64,000 nt of DNA, from the NCBI GenBank assembly GCA_902544135.1, contig CACCBF010000002.1, positions 40,596 through 104,595 on the forward strand, given 5' to 3'. Below are positions 1 to 11,515 of the stretch, one piece after another (position 1 is the first letter of the stretch; every line of letters starts with the position of its first letter). The translations under genes and the position numbers were made by a program. The notes below the pieces were generated by a model. It did no database searches, was not told the origin of the DNA, and saw only the letters and a list, made by a program, of their open reading frames with translations. Origin of the DNA: an uncultured Pelagibacteraceae bacterium (GTDB taxonomy: Bacteria > Pseudomonadota > Alphaproteobacteria > Pelagibacterales > Pelagibacteraceae).

Positions 1-1473
1 GGTAGATATAATGCTTGCATAAGTTGAAGGTCTACCGATTCCAAGCTCTTCGAGTTTTTTTACTAAACTTGCTTCAGAGTATCTTGGCGGGTGTTGAGTA
101 AAATGTTGCTCATCTATTAAAGACTCAATATTTACTAAACCCTTTGTCATAGCTGGTAATATACTTTCATCATCATCTTTATTTTGGTTATTATAGATTT
201 TTAAAAAACCATCAAATTTGAGAACAGAGCCGCTAGCTTTACAAACTGTGTCATTATTATCAGAAGTTACAGTAATTGTATTCCTATCAAATTTCGCAGA
301 TGACATTTGGGAGGACAAAGCTCGACTCCAAATTAAGTCATATAATTTACTTTGATCGGTGCTTAAATATTTTTTAACACTTTGTGGAGTTCTAATTATA
401 TCTGTAGGCCTAATTGCTTCATGAGCTTCTTGTGCATTTTTAGCTTTTTTTCCTGAATAGTTTAGAGAGCTCTCAGGCAAATATTCATTACCAATTTCTT
501 TTTTAATATAGTCTCTAAAAGCTGAGACTGCATCTTTTGACAAATTTGTTCCATCAGTTCTCATATATGTAATTAAACCTATAGTTTCTCCATCTATTTC
601 TATCCCTTGGTAAAGTTTTTGAGCAATTTGCATTGTTCTTGATGCGCCAAAACCTAGTTTACTTGAGGCTGTTTGTTGCAGTGTAGATGTTGTGAAAGGC
701 CCTGAGGGATTTCGATTTATAATTTTACTTGAAATATCGGTAATACTAAATTTTTTTTTATTAATAATTGATATAGCTTTATTTATTTCTTCTTTATTTC
801 TAAAAGAAAATTTTTCTATTTTGTTGTTTTCAAGTTGACTTATACTAGCAGTTATAATTTGATTGTTTTTATCTTTAAATTTAACACTTAGAGTCCAGAA
901 TTCCTCTGGATTGAATGACTCAATTTCATGTTCTCTCTCAGTTATTAACTTTAATGCTACAGACTGAACTCTCCCAGCAGACTTTGAGCCTGGTAATTTA
1001 GTCCAAAGAATAGGTGAAATGTTAAAACCAACTAAGTAGTCCAAAGCACGTCTAGCCATATAAGCATCTACTAACAAAGGTTCAATTTGTCTTGGATTAT
1101 CAATACCATGTAACACGGCTTTTTTTGTAATTTCATTAAAAACAACTCTTTCGATTTCCTTATCTTTTAGAAGTTTTTTTTCATTTAAATACTCTTTTAC
1201 ATGCCATGCTATTGCTTCACCTTCACGATCAGGGTCAGTAGCAAGGATAATTTTAGAGGAGTCTTTTGCTGCATCGGTAATTTCTTTAAGATATTTTTTT
1301 GAAAAACTGTCTACTTCCCACTCCATTTTAAAGTCATGATCAGGATCAACTGAACCATTTTTTGAGGGTAAATCTCTTATATGTCCATAACTTGCTAAAA
1401 CTTTGTAATCATCACCTAAATATTTATTTATGGTTTTTGCTTTAGCAGGACTTTCTACAATCACCAAGTTCAT
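1..1473 (-). CDS. topA: DNA topoisomerase I, N-terminal ~490 aa (gene continues past window start)
   Basis: My own minus-strand translation from ATG at 1473 gives MNLVIVESPAKAKTINKYLGDDYKVLASYGHIRDLP..., a typical TopA Toprim N-terminus. The frame stays open to position 1. It is absent from the ORF track because it runs off the window. Confidence 0.9.
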   Translation of the reverse strand, partial: MNLVIVESPAKAKTINKYLGDDYKVLASYGHIRDLPSKNGSVDPDHDFKMEWEVDSFSKKYLKEITDAAKDSSKIILATDPDREGEAIAWHVKEYLNEKKLLKDKEIERVVFNEITKKAVLHGIDNPRQIEPLLVDAYMARRALDYLVGFNISPILWTKLPGSKSAGRVQSVALKLITEREHEIESFNPEEFWTLSVKFKDKNNQIITASISQLENNKIEKFSFRNKEEINKAISIINKKKFSITDISSKIINRNPSGPFTTSTLQQTASSKLGFGASRTMQIAQKLYQGIEIDGETIGLITYMRTDGTNLSKDAVSAFRDYIKKEIGNEYLPESSLNYSGKKAKNAQEAHEAIRPTDIIRTPQSVKKYLSTDQSKLYDLIWSRALSSQMSSAKFDRNTITVTSDNNDTVCKASGSVLKFDGFLKIYNNQNKDDDESILPAMTKGLVNIESLIDEQHFTQHPPRYSEASLVKKLEELGIGRPSTYASIIST

Positions 1474-1509
1474 TAACTACAAACTACTCAAATGAGTTAG
1501 ATAGTCAAA

Positions 1510-2088
1510 TTAATAAATTTTTGTCTTTGTTTCTTCTTTATTTTTCAATCTTTTAATATTTTCTCTGTGAGTAAAAAATATCAAAATAAACATAATAGTA
1601 AAAAAAATCACTTGATTAAATTGTGATGAAAATAACAAATATATCGGAACAGAAATTGATGCAACCAATGAAGACAAAGATGAATATTTAGAGAGACCAA
1701 ATGTAACAAACCAAGAAATTATAAAGATTAAACTGAAATAAATATTTAATGCAAATAAAATTCCTAAATAAGTCGCAACACCCTTACCACCTTTGAATTT
1801 TAACCAGATAGGAAAAACATGACCCAAGAAAGCACAAAGTGAGGATACATAAACTAATTCTGGAAAATAAATTTTAACATAAATAACTGGAATGATAGCT
1901 TTAAGAATATCAAAAAATAAAGTTGTATAACCAATGATTTTATTTCCTGTTCTCAGAGCATTTGTGGCACCTATATTTCCAGAACCTATTTCTCTAATAT
2001 CTTTTTTTAAAAAAATTTTTGATAGTATTAAACCAAATGGAATTGATCCCATTAAATACGAAATAATACCAACAATTAAAATTTCCAT
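1510..2088 (-). CDS. plsY: Acyl-phosphate:glycerol-3-phosphate acyltransferase PlsY
   Basis: 192-aa polytopic membrane ORF with the GSGNIGATNALRTG motif characteristic of PlsY. Confidence 0.9.
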   Translation of the reverse strand: MEILIVGIISYLMGSIPFGLILSKIFLKKDIREIGSGNIGATNALRTGNKIIGYTTLFFDILKAIIPVIYVKIYFPELVYVSSLCAFLGHVFPIWLKFKGGKGVATYLGILFALNIYFSLIFIISWFVTFGLSKYSSLSSLVASISVPIYLLFSSQFNQVIFFTIMFILIFFTHRENIKRLKNKEETKTKIY

Positions 2089-2089
2089 A

Positions 2090-3376
2090 TTATAACTTAA
2101 ATAATTCTTTTCCTTTTACAAATGTATTTGTAACTTTACCTTGAAGTTTTTTATCTTCAATTGATGTATTTTTTGATTTTGATATTAGTTTTTCTTTTTT
2201 TACAATCCAGGGTTTATCTAAGTCAACAATACAAAAGTCGGCATCATTACCAATTGATAGATTTCCTTTATTAATCTTTAGAATTTTTGCAGGATTTGAG
2301 GTCATAGCTTTAATTATAGTTTCTAATTTAAGTGACCCATTATGATATAGTTCTAAACTTAATGATAAAAGAGTCTCAATTCCTGACGCACCAGTTGCTG
2401 CTTGTGCAAAAGTAAGTCTTTTTGACTCTTCATCCTCAGGTTTGTGATCAGATACGATTACATCTATCAATTCACTTTTTAATCCTTGAATTAGAGCTAA
2501 TCTATCTTCCTCTCTTCTTAAAGGTGGTGAGAGTTTTAAAAAAGTTCTAAAATCACCAATATCATTCTCATTCAATGAAAGATTATTGATTGATACACCG
2601 GAAGAAAATTTAACAATTTCTTTTCTATGCTTAAGTACTTCAACTGATTTTTGTGATGAAAGTTGTGAAATATGATATCTACATTTAACTTTTTCCAACA
2701 AAGTTAAATCTCTTTCTATTAAAACTCTCTCAGCTATTTCTGGTATACCTGACAAACCTAATTTTGTTGCAATTATTCCCGAATTTATCATTCCATTCTT
2801 GGCAAGTTCATAATCCTCAGCATGTTGCATAATTAAACAGCCAAGGTCTTTTGCAGAATTCATAATTCTTGACATCAATCTTGGATTTTGGATTGTCCTA
2901 ATTCCATCTGTAAATGCAATAATCCCTTTTTTTTGTAAGAGGCCGAATTCAGTCATGTTAGAACCCTCAATATTTTTAGTTAGCGACGCACATGGAAAAA
3001 TATTAATTTTAGATTTATCTCTTCCTCTCCTTTTTAAAAAATCAACGATCGATACATTATCAATAATTGGATTAGTATTAGGCATGGTGACTACTGAGGT
3101 TACTCCACCTGAAAGGGCTGCATCACTAAGTGTTCTAAAGTTCTCTTTATACTCAAAACCAGGTTCACCAACAAAAACCCTCATATCAACTAATCCTGGA
3201 AAAAGGTGCTTTCCCTTTAAATCCACTGGTTTTTCGCGAGTTGGAAGATTATTTGTATTTACTTTTTTTCCTACAGCTTCAATTTTACCATCTTCTCCAA
3301 TAATTAAACCACCAACTTCATTAATAGAATTATGAGGGTCAACTATATTTGCATTTATAAAATATTGTTTTTTCAT
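2090..3376 (-). CDS. pyrC: Dihydroorotase-like protein, probably the non-catalytic PyrC' partner of PyrB
   Basis: Amidohydrolase-fold DHOase homologue (PGLVD..., MQHAED, SDHKPE). Start moved to MKKQYF (ATG 3376), giving a TAATG 1-nt overlap with the pyrB stop. The class I D-x-H-x-H zinc motif reads DMRVF. Confidence 0.85.
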   Translation of the reverse strand: MKKQYFINANIVDPHNSINEVGGLIIGEDGKIEAVGKKVNTNNLPTREKPVDLKGKHLFPGLVDMRVFVGEPGFEYKENFRTLSDAALSGGVTSVVTMPNTNPIIDNVSIVDFLKRRGRDKSKINIFPCASLTKNIEGSNMTEFGLLQKKGIIAFTDGIRTIQNPRLMSRIMNSAKDLGCLIMQHAEDYELAKNGMINSGIIATKLGLSGIPEIAERVLIERDLTLLEKVKCRYHISQLSSQKSVEVLKHRKEIVKFSSGVSINNLSLNENDIGDFRTFLKLSPPLRREEDRLALIQGLKSELIDVIVSDHKPEDEESKRLTFAQAATGASGIETLLSLSLELYHNGSLKLETIIKAMTSNPAKILKINKGNLSIGNDADFCIVDLDKPWIVKKEKLISKSKNTSIEDKKLQGKVTNTFVKGKELFKL

Positions 3377-4326
3377 TATGTACAAAATATTTTCAAACAA
3401 GCCATTCTTACTGCAACGCCAAGTTCAACTTGTTCTTTAATTACACTTTTATTAATATCATCTGCAAGAATTGTATCTATTTCGATACCTCTATTCATTG
3501 GACCTGGATGCATTATTAAAGCATCTGATTTTGCATATTCTAATTTATCAGGTGTCAGTCCAAAATATTCATAATATTCTCTGTTTGATGAAAGATATGA
3601 ACTACTCATTCTTTCATTTTGTAATCTTAACATCATAACGATGTCGCAATCTTTTAATCCTTTTTTCATATCAGTAAAAGGGTTCACGCCGAATCTATCT
3701 ATTTCTTTTGGCATTAAATTGGTTGGTGCAATAATATTTACTTCGGCTCCAAGCATATTTAGTAAATAGATATTTGATCTAGCCACTCTAGAATGTAATA
3801 TATCTCCACAAATTGCTATTTTTAAACCCTCTATTTTTTTTTTACGGTTAATGATTGTTAAAGCATCAAGTAAAGCTTGTGTTGGATGCTCACGCCTACC
3901 ATCACCTGCATTTAAAACTGCACAATTAACTTTTTGTGAAAGTAAATTACATGCACCAGAATCTTGATGTCTAATGACAATAATATCTGGATGCATTGCG
4001 TTTAATGTCATTGCAGTATCAATTAAAGTTTCACCTTTTTTTATGGCTGAATTGCTAATGTTCATAGACATTACATCAGCCCCAAGTCTTTTTCCTGCAA
4101 GTTCAAAAGAACTTTGTGTTCTTGTGGATGGCTCAAAAAATAAATTTATTTGAGTTTTACCTTTTAGCGCATCTATTTTTTTGTTTTTACTTTGATTAAC
4201 CTTTATAAAGTCTTTAGCTTCATCAAGTATTAAATTTACATCATTTATTGATAAATCTTGGATTCCTAACAAATGCTTTTGGGAAATTTTAATAGCTTTA
4301 TTAGTTGGTATTGCCATTAAAACCAA
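3376..4326 (-). CDS. pyrB: Aspartate carbamoyltransferase catalytic chain
   Basis: Contains the [17 protein letters not shown] and HPGPMNRG motifs of ATCase. Confidence 0.95.
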   Translation of the reverse strand: MVLMAIPTNKAIKISQKHLLGIQDLSINDVNLILDEAKDFIKVNQSKNKKIDALKGKTQINLFFEPSTRTQSSFELAGKRLGADVMSMNISNSAIKKGETLIDTAMTLNAMHPDIIVIRHQDSGACNLLSQKVNCAVLNAGDGRREHPTQALLDALTIINRKKKIEGLKIAICGDILHSRVARSNIYLLNMLGAEVNIIAPTNLMPKEIDRFGVNPFTDMKKGLKDCDIVMMLRLQNERMSSSYLSSNREYYEYFGLTPDKLEYAKSDALIMHPGPMNRGIEIDTILADDINKSVIKEQVELGVAVRMACLKIFCT

Positions 4327-4359
4327 CTCTATAACTATAATTCTTTACAATAGCAAGTA

Positions 4360-4815
4360 TTAATTATTTAAAAAATCAATTGCACCCTGTAATATAAATG
4401 CAGCTGCATTCTCATCAATTTTTTTTTCCCTTTTTGTAACATTTACGTCCAATTGGCTTGACAAATTAAAAGCCCCAACTGTTGATAACCTTTCATCCCA
4501 TAAGCAAACGGGTATATTAATATTCTTTTCTATGTTTTTAGACATGTCTTTAATTGATTGAGTTGATCTGCCCGATGAACCATCCATATTAAGAGGATTT
4601 CCAATTATGATACCTCCTATATCATTTTCCTCAATAATTTCCTTTAATTCTATTATTAGTTTTTCAGATGAAGTTTTGACAATAGTTCTAAATGGTGTTG
4701 CAATTAATTGCTTCTCATCACATATTGAAACGCCGATTCTTTTAGAACCAAGGTCTAATCCTATTAATCTACACTTATCTGAGTGTTTTTTTTTAAATTC
4801 ATCTAATGTCACCAT
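4360..4815 (-). CDS. ruvX: YqgF/RuvX family putative pre-16S rRNA nuclease / Holliday junction resolvase-like
   Basis: 151 aa with an N-terminal LIGLDLGSKRIGVSICD RNase H-like motif. Confidence 0.85.
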   Translation of the reverse strand: MVTLDEFKKKHSDKCRLIGLDLGSKRIGVSICDEKQLIATPFRTIVKTSSEKLIIELKEIIEENDIGGIIIGNPLNMDGSSGRSTQSIKDMSKNIEKNINIPVCLWDERLSTVGAFNLSSQLDVNVTKREKKIDENAAAFILQGAIDFLNN

Positions 4816-4865
4816 ATTGTATAATTTAAGCTTAAGTGATAGTTTTCGTCATATTTAAATAGCAT

Positions 4866-5153
4866 ATGAGCATAGATCTTAAAACAATAAAACATATTTC
4901 TAAATTATCAAGAATTTCAGTTGATGAGCAAAGGGCTAAAAAATTAGTTGGTGATTTAAATTCAATTTTTGATTTTATTGAAAAGCTTAATGAATTAAAA
5001 ACAGAAAATATTAAACCGTTAACTTCTATCGCAGAAACAACATTAAAATTAAGGTCTGATGAGGTTCAAAGTAAAAATATCAGAGAACAAATAATTAAGA
5101 ATTCTCCTCAAGATAATGAAGATTATTTTGTTGTACCTAAGGTTATTGAGTGA
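4866..5153 (+). CDS. gatC: Glu/Asp-tRNA amidotransferase subunit C
   Basis: 95 aa, positioned first in a gatCAB operon. It overlaps gatA by 4 nt. Confidence 0.9.
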   Translation: MSIDLKTIKHISKLSRISVDEQRAKKLVGDLNSIFDFIEKLNELKTENIKPLTSIAETTLKLRSDEVQSKNIREQIIKNSPQDNEDYFVVPKVIE

Positions 5154-6610
5154 TGTCAGAAATAACTAAACAATCTCTAACAGAATTAGTTGAAAGTATT
5201 AAAAATAAAAAACTTTCTTCATCAGAAATTACGAAAGCCTTTATTGAAAGATCTGAAAAATCAAAAGCGCTTAATGCTTTTATTACTGAAGACTTCACAT
5301 CCGCATTAGATAAAGCAAAAAAATTTGATCAAAAACCCAATTTAGATTTAAAATTACCTGGTATTCCAATGGCCGTTAAAGATTTATTTTGCACAAAGAA
5401 TGTTAAGACAACTGCTGGTAGCAAGATTTTAAATAATTTTGTGCCAACATACGAGTCAACTGTAACAGAAAATATTTGGAGTGAAGGTGCAATTCTTTTG
5501 GGTAAGTTAAATTGTGATGAGTTCGCAATGGGCTCCTCTAATGAGACTAGTTTTTTCGGCAATGTCCAAAATCCTATTGATAAAAATTTAGTACCAGGTG
5601 GTTCCTCTGGAGGATCTGCATCAGCTGTTGCTGGACAATTAACACCGATTACAATTGGTACAGATACCGGTGGATCAATAAGACAACCAGCTTCTTTCAC
5701 TGGAATAGTTGGTTTAAAGCCAACCTATGGTAGTTGTTCAAGATATGGAATTGTTGCTTTTGCTTCTTCCTTAGATCAAGCAGGTCCAATGGCACAAAAT
5801 GTTAAAGATTGTGCTTTACTTCAGGAAGTAATCAGTAGTTTTGATGCGAAAGATTCAACTTCAATAGATTTTAAAAGAAATCATTATAGTAAAGATCTTA
5901 CTAATAATATTAAAGGAAAAAAAATTGGAATACCAAAAGAATATAGAGTTGATGGTATGCCTAAAGAAATTGAGGACCTCTGGCAAAAAGGTATTGAATA
6001 TGTAAGAGATTGTGGTGCAGAAATTATAAATATTTCACTTCCGCATACTAGTTATGCTCTGCCAACTTATTATATAGTTGCTCCAGCAGAAGCATCTTCA
6101 AATTTAGCAAGATATGACGGTGTTAAGTATGGATATAGAGCAAATGGTGAAAATTTAATTGATATGTATGAAAAAACTAGGTCGGAAGGTTTTGGTGCAG
6201 AAGTTCAAAGAAGGATTATGATTGGAACTTATGTTCTATCTTCAGGGTATTATGATGCATATTATTTAAAAGCTCAAAAAGTTAGAAGATTAATCAAAAA
6301 TGATTTTGATGAAGCATATAAAAAAGTAGACGCAATTTTAACACCATCTACGCCTAGCTCAGCTTTCAAAATTGGTGAAAAAACAAATGATCCTGTTTCC
6401 ATGTATCTCAACGATATATTTACAGTGCCTGTTAATTTAGCTGGTTTACCTGGTATTTCAATTCCTGCAGGACATGACGCAAAAGGTTACCCCCTTGGTC
6501 TACAAATAATTGGTAAAGCTTTCGATGAACAAAATATATTGAATATTGCATTTGCAATGGAGGAAAAAATAAATTTTAAAAATAAAATTAATGATTGGTG
6601 GATTAAATGA
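5150..6610 (+). CDS. gatA: Glu/Asp-tRNA amidotransferase subunit A
   Basis: Amidase signature [12 protein letters not shown] plus the [12 protein letters not shown] motif. Confidence 0.95.
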   Translation: MMSEITKQSLTELVESIKNKKLSSSEITKAFIERSEKSKALNAFITEDFTSALDKAKKFDQKPNLDLKLPGIPMAVKDLFCTKNVKTTAGSKILNNFVPTYESTVTENIWSEGAILLGKLNCDEFAMGSSNETSFFGNVQNPIDKNLVPGGSSGGSASAVAGQLTPITIGTDTGGSIRQPASFTGIVGLKPTYGSCSRYGIVAFASSLDQAGPMAQNVKDCALLQEVISSFDAKDSTSIDFKRNHYSKDLTNNIKGKKIGIPKEYRVDGMPKEIEDLWQKGIEYVRDCGAEIINISLPHTSYALPTYYIVAPAEASSNLARYDGVKYGYRANGENLIDMYEKTRSEGFGAEVQRRIMIGTYVLSSGYYDAYYLKAQKVRRLIKNDFDEAYKKVDAILTPSTPSSAFKIGEKTNDPVSMYLNDIFTVPVNLAGLPGISIPAGHDAKGYPLGLQIIGKAFDEQNILNIAFAMEEKINFKNKINDWWIK

Positions 6611-8082
6611 GTAAAAAGAGCGGAGAATATTTGATTAATCGTAGAGATAATCAATATGAAGTTGTAATAGGTTTAGAAGTTCATGCTCAAGTATTATCCG
6701 AGTCAAAATTATTTTCTACTTCTGCTACAAAATTTGGTGCTGAACCTAATACTCAAGTAAGTTTAGTCGATGCTGCTTTTCCAGGAATGCTTCCAGTAAT
6801 AAATGAATTTTGTGTTAAACAAGCAATAAAAACCGGTATAGGTCTTAATGCAAAAATAAATAAACGCTCAGTTTTTGATAGAAAAAATTATTTTTATGCA
6901 GATTTACCACAAGGATATCAAATTTCACAATTTAAAGATCCAATAGTGGGTGAGGGTAAAGTTATTATAGATTTGCCTGACGGTCATAAAGAAGTAGGTA
7001 TAGAAAGATTACATTTAGAACAAGATGCAGGAAAGAGTATACATGATTTAGATCCTCAAAATACTTTTGTTGATTTGAATAGATCAGGAGTAGCTTTAAT
7101 GGAAATTGTAAGTAAACCAGACCTTAGATCTCCAGATGAAGTAAGTATATATATAAAAAAATTGAGATCAATCATGCGATATTTAGGTACTTGCGATGGA
7201 AATATGCAAGAGGGATCATTAAGAGCTGATGTTAATGTATCCGTAAGGAAAAAAGGGTCAAAAGAGTTTGGAATAAGATGTGAAATTAAAAATGTAAACT
7301 CGATTAAATTTATGCAAATGGCTATAGAATATGAGGCTAATAGACAAGTTGATCTAATTGAAGAAGGTAAAACAATTGATCAGGAGACTAGACTATTTGA
7401 CACTAAGAAAAATGAGACAAGATCAATGAGATCGAAAGAAGATGCCCATGACTATAGATATTTCCCTGATCCAGATTTATTACCACTAGAAGTCTCAGAC
7501 GAATTTGTAAATAAACTTAAAAGTGAAATTCCAGAGTTACCTGATGATAAGAAGAAAAGATTTATTAATGAATTAAAGTTATCAGCTTATGAGGCAACAA
7601 TCTTAGTTTCTGATATAGAAATAGCAAAATATTTTGAAGAAGTTGTTGCAAAAATGGGAAAAAATAAAGATATGAAACTTGCTGTCAACTGGATTACTGG
7701 AGAGCTTTTTGCTGTTTTAAATAGTAAAAATTTAGAAATTACACAAAGCCCTGTAAGTGCAAAAAATTTGGCAATATTAGTAAATTTAATTAAGAATGGA
7801 ACAATCTCAGGAAAAATTGCTAAAACAGTTTTTGAACTAATGTTGAAGAATGATGAAGATCCTCAAAAAATTGTGGAAGAAAAAGGCTTAAAACAACAAA
7901 GCGATCCAAAAGCATTAGAGGAATTGATAGATAAGATAATTAACAATAATAGAGATAAAGCTATTGAATACAAGCAGGGCAAAGAAAAATTGTTTGGTTT
8001 TTTTGTAGGTCAAGCTATGAAAGCCTCTGGTGGAAAAGCCAATCCTCAATTAATTAATGAGATCTTAAAAAAAAAATTATAA
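6607..8082 (+). CDS. gatB: Glu/Asp-tRNA amidotransferase subunit B
   Basis: 491 aa GatB homologue ([13 protein letters not shown]-like start, LHLEQDAGK). It overlaps gatA by 4 nt. Confidence 0.95.
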   Translation: MSKKSGEYLINRRDNQYEVVIGLEVHAQVLSESKLFSTSATKFGAEPNTQVSLVDAAFPGMLPVINEFCVKQAIKTGIGLNAKINKRSVFDRKNYFYADLPQGYQISQFKDPIVGEGKVIIDLPDGHKEVGIERLHLEQDAGKSIHDLDPQNTFVDLNRSGVALMEIVSKPDLRSPDEVSIYIKKLRSIMRYLGTCDGNMQEGSLRADVNVSVRKKGSKEFGIRCEIKNVNSIKFMQMAIEYEANRQVDLIEEGKTIDQETRLFDTKKNETRSMRSKEDAHDYRYFPDPDLLPLEVSDEFVNKLKSEIPELPDDKKKRFINELKLSAYEATILVSDIEIAKYFEEVVAKMGKNKDMKLAVNWITGELFAVLNSKNLEITQSPVSAKNLAILVNLIKNGTISGKIAKTVFELMLKNDEDPQKIVEEKGLKQQSDPKALEELIDKIINNNRDKAIEYKQGKEKLFGFFVGQAMKASGGKANPQLINEILKKKL

Positions 8083-8087
8083 GGGTT

Positions 8088-8738
8088 ATGGGTTCTGACC
8101 TTAATATTACAAAGCATTTGCAAGATTATATATTAAAACATGGTTTAAAACTTCATCCAGTACAAAAAGAGATAATTAATTATAATCTTAAATTAGGTGA
8201 TATTAAAAGAATGCAAATATCAATATCACAATGTCAATTTCTTCATTTAATTATTAAAGTTTCTAAAATTAAGAAAGTTTTAGAAATCGGAACCTTCACT
8301 GGCCTAAGTACATTATCCATGGCATTAGCTTTACCTGATAATGGAAAAATTATTGCTTTAGATAAAAATAGCGAGACTAATAAAATTGCTGTTAATTATT
8401 TTAAAAAAGCTGAACAAAATCATAAGATAAAGACAATTATAAAACCAGCCTTAGAATCTTTAATTAAGATTAGAAATGAAAAATTTGATTTAGTTTTTAT
8501 AGATGCAGATAAAATGAATTATAAAAAGTATTATGAAATTTCTCTAGACTTATTAAATAAAGGAGGTTTAGTAATAATTGATAATGTATTATGGCATGGA
8601 GAAGTAGTTGATAAAAGAATAAATGATAAATTTACAAAAAATATAAGGGAACTGAATAATTTTATATCAAAAGACAAACGAATAGAAAAAGTAATTGTGC
8701 CTTTTGGTGATGGAATGAGTGTTTGTAGGAAAGTTTAA
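8088..8738 (+). CDS. Class I SAM-dependent O-methyltransferase (caffeoyl-CoA OMT-like)
   Basis: Motif I VLEIGTFTGLS and the FIDADK motif, 216 aa. Confidence 0.8.
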   Translation: MGSDLNITKHLQDYILKHGLKLHPVQKEIINYNLKLGDIKRMQISISQCQFLHLIIKVSKIKKVLEIGTFTGLSTLSMALALPDNGKIIALDKNSETNKIAVNYFKKAEQNHKIKTIIKPALESLIKIRNEKFDLVFIDADKMNYKKYYEISLDLLNKGGLVIIDNVLWHGEVVDKRINDKFTKNIRELNNFISKDKRIEKVIVPFGDGMSVCRKV

Positions 8739-9643
8739 TGTTTAAAGTATTTGGTTTTTATAAATTCAAACAAATTAATAATTTAAATAGAAATAAAAAA
8801 TTATTAAATAATATTCTTGTTAAAAAAGATATTAGAGGAACAATTATAATTTCTAGAGAAGGAGTCAATGGATCTTTATCTGGAAAAAATAAAGATTTAA
8901 ATGAAACAATTAGAAAAATTAAGACTATTTTTAAATTAAAAGAGTTTAATAGTTTTAATAAGTCAAATAGCAAATTTCAACCTTATCACAAACCAAAAAT
9001 AAAAATCAAAAAAGAGTTAGTACCAATGAGTTTAAATATAAAAAATGAAATTCAAAAAATTGATAATCGTATAGAGCCAAACAAATGGAATAAGCTAATT
9101 AAAAGTAAAAAAACATTTTTACTAGATGCGAGAAAACCTTTTGAAAACAAAGTAGGATCTTTTAAAAATGCTTTTAATCCTAATGTTGATAATTTTAGGG
9201 ATTTTCCAAAATATTTAAAACGATTAAAAAAGCAACAGCCTATCGCTATGTTTTGCACTGGTGGTATTAGGTGTGAAAAAGCTTCTGTATTTTTAAAAAA
9301 AAAAGGTTTTGAAAATGTTTATCAATTAAAAGGAGGCATACTAAATTACTTAAAAAAAATCAAAAAAAAGGATAGTTTATGGAAAGGGGAATGCTTTGTT
9401 TTTGATAATCGAGTCAGTTTAAAACATGGCTTATTACAAGGCTCTTATTCGGTTTGCAGCGGATGCAGAAAACCAATTTCATTAAAAGATAAAAAATCTA
9501 AAATGTACGAGGAGGGTGTATCCTGTCCAAGTTGTTATGGTAAACTCTCTAAAAAACAAAAATCTCGTTTTAGAATGAGGCAAAGTCAGATATATAAAGC
9601 AAAGTTATCAGGAAAAAAATATAATTTTCAAAAAGAATATTAG
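8738..9643 (+). CDS. trhO: Rhodanese-domain protein, UPF0176/TrhO (tRNA U34 hydroxylase) family
   Basis: CTGGIRCEKAS rhodanese active-site loop and a C-terminal Cys cluster (CSGC...CPSC). Confidence 0.8.
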   Translation: MFKVFGFYKFKQINNLNRNKKLLNNILVKKDIRGTIIISREGVNGSLSGKNKDLNETIRKIKTIFKLKEFNSFNKSNSKFQPYHKPKIKIKKELVPMSLNIKNEIQKIDNRIEPNKWNKLIKSKKTFLLDARKPFENKVGSFKNAFNPNVDNFRDFPKYLKRLKKQQPIAMFCTGGIRCEKASVFLKKKGFENVYQLKGGILNYLKKIKKKDSLWKGECFVFDNRVSLKHGLLQGSYSVCSGCRKPISLKDKKSKMYEEGVSCPSCYGKLSKKQKSRFRMRQSQIYKAKLSGKKYNFQKEY

Positions 9644-9654
9644 TAGGAATTAAT

Positions 9655-11025
9655 TTGCCACAATCTCTTAAACTTACCAAGGACCCAATATGGTTTTTAT
9701 TAAGGAAAGTCACAATCCCAGCGAGTGTGGGTTCGTTATTTCAAACTTTTTATAATTTAGTTGACACATGGTTCGCAGGAAGAATATCAGCTGAAGCAAT
9801 AGCAGCAATTGCAAAATCTTTTCCAATTTACTTTACTATAATTGCCATAGGTGTTGGTTTAACAGCTGGTACAAATACATTAATAGGTAATAATTTAGGA
9901 GCTAATAATAAAAAAAAAGCTTCATTATTTATTGCTCAATCGATAATTTTTGCAATTTTTTTATCTGTTCTTGTTACCTTCTTTGGTTTAAACGTTTCAG
10001 ATTTCTTATTGTCATTAATGGGGTCTGACCCAGATGGAATTATTTTATCAAGAGAATATTTAGATATTATTTTTTATGGAACAATTATTGTTTTAATACA
10101 AATTTCCTTAAATGGGACTTTAAATGCTCAAGGAGATACTAAAAGTTATAGAAATGTATTGATATTTACCTTCTTTTTAAATATTTTTTTAAATCCTTTA
10201 TTTATTTTTGGATATGGATTTGTTCCTGCTTTTGGCATAGCAGGTTTAGCAATAGCCACAGTTGTTGCTCAATTTACTGGTCTGCTTTATCTGGCGCATA
10301 AGGTATATTGTTGTGAGTTAAAACAATACCTAAAACTAGAATGCTTCATTCCTAAATTTAATCTTTTGGGTGAGTTAGTTTATCAAACCATACCTGTTAT
10401 GTTTAGTATGTTATTAATTGGTGTGGGTTTATTTAATATTCTTTATTTCATTGGACAATTTGGAGATCTCGCAACTGCCGGTTATGGCGCTGCCCTAAGA
10501 ATTGAACAAGTTTTTTTACTACCTGTTATAGGCCTGAATACAGCTGTTTTATCTATTGGTGGACAAAATTTTGGGGCAAAAAATTATGATCGTCTTAGAG
10601 AATTATATAAAAAAGCTTTACTATTTGGCTCATCTTTCATGATTTGTGCAGGAATAATAATTTTTATTGGAGCAGAATTTTTAGTTTCATTATTTACAGA
10701 CAATTCAGAGGCAGTAAAACATGGTGCAATTTACCTAAAAGTTGCTGCATTGATTGGTCCTATCTATCCAGTGTTCTTTATTACTACTGCAGTATTTCAA
10801 GCAGTCAAAAAACCTCTTTATAGTCTTTATATGAGTGTTTTAAGATTAACAGCCCTTCCTTTTTTTAGTTTATGGTATGTAATTAATATTAGAGGAGGTG
10901 ATTATGAGGACATTTTTTACACTATATTTGTAACAAATTGGTTAATGGGAATTGCAGTTTTGATGTTTATTGGATATTTCTTAAATAATGTTTTTAAACA
11001 AAATAAGAGTCTTTTTATTAATTAA
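9655..11025 (+). CDS. MATE family efflux transporter
   Basis: 456 aa with about 12 TM segments and a MatE-type internal duplication. TTG start at 9655. Confidence 0.85.
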   Translation: MPQSLKLTKDPIWFLLRKVTIPASVGSLFQTFYNLVDTWFAGRISAEAIAAIAKSFPIYFTIIAIGVGLTAGTNTLIGNNLGANNKKKASLFIAQSIIFAIFLSVLVTFFGLNVSDFLLSLMGSDPDGIILSREYLDIIFYGTIIVLIQISLNGTLNAQGDTKSYRNVLIFTFFLNIFLNPLFIFGYGFVPAFGIAGLAIATVVAQFTGLLYLAHKVYCCELKQYLKLECFIPKFNLLGELVYQTIPVMFSMLLIGVGLFNILYFIGQFGDLATAGYGAALRIEQVFLLPVIGLNTAVLSIGGQNFGAKNYDRLRELYKKALLFGSSFMICAGIIIFIGAEFLVSLFTDNSEAVKHGAIYLKVAALIGPIYPVFFITTAVFQAVKKPLYSLYMSVLRLTALPFFSLWYVINIRGGDYEDIFYTIFVTNWLMGIAVLMFIGYFLNNVFKQNKSLFIN

Positions 11026-11515
11026 TTTACATATAGTCATTCTTTTAACTAGCCCAGAAAATCTTAAAGCTAAAGAGCTAAAAATTATTACTGGTATTGC
11101 AAAAGTTATTGATGGTGACACAATTTTAATAGATAAAAAAAAAATTCGTCTTTTTGGAATTGATGCCCCGGAACGGGATCAAAAATGTCAAAAAATTTGG
11201 CTAACAATTTATTTCTTTTCATTTAATAAAGATTATTTTTGTGGTGAGATTTCTACTAATAGGCTCAAAAAAAAAATTAACAATCAATTTATGAGCTGTA
11301 AATGGAAAAATAAAGATAGATATAAAAGATTTATCGCAGAATGTTTTGAGGGCAAGACTAACATCAATGCTTGGATGGTTCGATATGGTTATGCTGTTGC
11401 ATATAGAAAATACTCGAAAAAATATGTTGCACATGAAGAAATAGCAAAAAAAGACAAATTAGGTTTATGGTCTGGTACATTTGAAATGCCTTGGGTTTAT
11501 AGAAAAAAAAATTAA
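10988..11515 (+). CDS. Secreted thermonuclease (staphylococcal nuclease, SNc fold)
   Basis: Signal-peptide-like N-terminus followed by GDTILIDKKKIRLFGIDAPE. Overlaps the MATE gene by 38 nt. Confidence 0.75.
   Translation: MFLNKIRVFLLINLHIVILLTSPENLKAKELKIITGIAKVIDGDTILIDKKKIRLFGIDAPERDQKCQKIWLTIYFFSFNKDYFCGEISTNRLKKKINNQFMSCKWKNKDRYKRFIAECFEGKTNINAWMVRYGYAVAYRKYSKKYVAHEEIAKKDKLGLWSGTFEMPWVYRKKN

Noticed and set aside
2955-3574. Long antisense ORFs listed in the ORF track. These include 2955-3335+, 3332-3574+, 5329-5700-, 14565-14928+, 24999-25529-, 25609-25922-, 25888-26226-, 27004-27312-, 41411-41818-, 45708-46199+ and 62724-63077+.
   Set aside because: Each lies wholly inside a well-supported conserved gene on the opposite strand. 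Their translations are low-complexity or hydrophobic and have no recognisable motifs. They are shadow ORFs.
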